From positions 1 through 49,023 of the forward strand of contig JAGGVH010000016.1 in assembly GCA_021158105.1 (NCBI GenBank): a DNA stretch of 49,023 nucleotides, in the 5' to 3' direction. The number at the start of each line of letters is the position of its first letter. Positions within the stretch are counted from its first letter, which is position 1. This DNA comes from Candidatus Micrarchaeota archaeon. GTDB taxonomy: Archaea; Micrarchaeota; Micrarchaeia; Anstonellales; JAGGVH01. Position numbers and translations under genes: made by a program. Of this stretch, positions 47,851 to 49,023 are shown in pieces. Under the pieces are notes generated by a model. The model was not told where the DNA came from and ran no database searches. It worked only from the letters and a program-made list of their open reading frames with translations.

Positions 47851-48685
47851 ACGTTTCCCTCACATAATTATGAACCCTAAACATTAAAATCCTTTCTTTA
47901 CTGTTGTCATACACCTTCTGCCCTAATTCTTCTAATGATTCTGTTGGGTATTTTGCATAATATGCTTTCAAACCATACAGATACGCCATTTTTGCACTGT
48001 CCCAGTCATACGTTGGAACACCGCAAATGTTCCACCTAGAAATCAAAGGATTAATACCAAGATTCCTCTCAGCCGAATGGACGAATGTCACTGCATCAAC
48101 ATAATCTTTAAACTCATATGATGTATTAAAATGATATGTTGTGTTAACAATCATGTTAATCCTTTTTGTAGTATTAGCATAATCAACCATTGCATCGAGA
48201 AACTCCCAACGCAGTGCCAACATTACTGGCCTGCAATTGATTTCGCTGTGGAAACATACATTCCTGCACGACTGCTCATCATAACACCATGACTTGTAAA
48301 GCCCTAAAAATTTGATACATTTATCATAATATGTATCATTTGCCATAGAAGATTTAAACTTGTTAAACTGCTCTAACGACTCATTTAAAAGCGAAGATGC
48401 ATTGTCAGAAGTTAGCCCATAATAACAAACCAATACCTTTTTTATAACATTCTTGTCAGTTATAATTTCAGGCGTATCATACTTACCACTAGTTATTATC
48501 ATGTGGGGCTCATTGGAAATAGAAACTACATAATATTGTTCACCACAGTTAACATTTGACAACGAATAATACTGCTCGTTACCTATATGATGATACACAA
48601 AATGTTCTATCTGAAACATGTCAAGTGGATGCACTAGAACTGTTGACATTAAAATGAATAGGATAATCATATGATTGTTAGCCAT
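47843..48685 (-). CDS. Secreted Cys-rich hypothetical protein
   Basis: N-terminal hydrophobic signal; C..LG...C.D..SC..VC....C cluster. Confidence 0.7.
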   Translation of the reverse strand: MANNHMIILFILMSTVLVHPLDMFQIEHFVYHHIGNEQYYSLSNVNCGEQYYVVSISNEPHMIITSGKYDTPEIITDKNVIKKVLVCYYGLTSDNASSLLNESLEQFNKFKSSMANDTYYDKCIKFLGLYKSWCYDEQSCRNVCFHSEINCRPVMLALRWEFLDAMVDYANTTKRINMIVNTTYHFNTSYEFKDYVDAVTFVHSAERNLGINPLISRWNICGVPTYDWDSAKMAYLYGLKAYYAKYPTESLEELGQKVYDNSKERILMFRVHNYVRETYG

Positions 48686-48890
48686 GACATATAATAATTT
48701 TTCAATATTTAAAAATATATAGGTAAACTATAAAGTAACCCGCGAAAAATTTCATACAAAATATATAATAAGTTAAAGGCACCTTGTGAGGTGAACGAAA
48801 CCGAACAGAGCAGAGTTGGAAACTGAAGTTTGAGTCAAAACGAGCAAAGCAGAACTGTTTATCCGCTGTTAGTTTCAATAAGCGAGTGGG

Positions 48891-49022
48891 CTAAATATAC
48901 ACTTCAATGAAATCTCCTTTCATTCCAGAAGCAAGATATTTAATTCCATTAATCTTAAATTGTTTTTTGGAAAGTTTATGATTATGTCCTCCAATAATAA
49001 TTTTAGGTTTTATTCTTTCAAT
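48891..49022 (-). CDS. Metallophosphoesterase, C-terminal fragment (5' end outside window; not in the ORF track)
   Basis: Manual translation IERIKPKIIIGGHNHKLSKKQFKINGIKYLASGMKGDFIEVYI* contains the terminal GHxH motif. Confidence 0.7.
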   Translation of the reverse strand: MERIKPKIIIGGHNHKLSKKQFKINGIKYLASGMKGDFIEVYI

Positions 49023-49023
49023 A

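Noticed and set aside
48810-48915. ORB-like words (GTTGGAAAC, TTCAATGAAAT) as a replication origin
   Set aside because: Poor match to the ORB consensus, one lies inside a CDS, and there is no adjacent cdc6/orc1

Overview
AT-rich archaeal chromosomal window, most likely from a DPANN lineage (Micrarchaeota-like; this assignment is inferred from divergent uS12/uS7, split RNAP subunits and many class III signal-peptide genes). Core content: glyA end, nop5, eno, thermosome, thiI, the rpoH-rpoB''-rpoB'-rpoA'-rpoA''-L30e-nusA-S12-S7 cluster, an inositol-lipid operon (ino1, CDP-alcohol transferase, HAD phosphatase), ABCE1, aRF1, aEF-2, two intron-containing tRNAs (Gly-TCC, Ala-CGC) and pilin-like genes. 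The most striking feature is at 31.86-36.10 kb: three tandem AAA_14/DUF4143-type ATPase genes, each bracketed by its own 52-69 bp direct repeat. The three repeat families differ in sequence but share one geometry: four ~10-bp half-sites in alternating orientation separated by 6-bp spacers (16-bp period). This suggests single-gene cassettes or modules that each recognise their own site. Second highlight: a 455-aa LAGLIDADG intein inserted directly after the catalytic GGQ of aRF1. All family assignments come from motif recognition by eye; no database searches were run.
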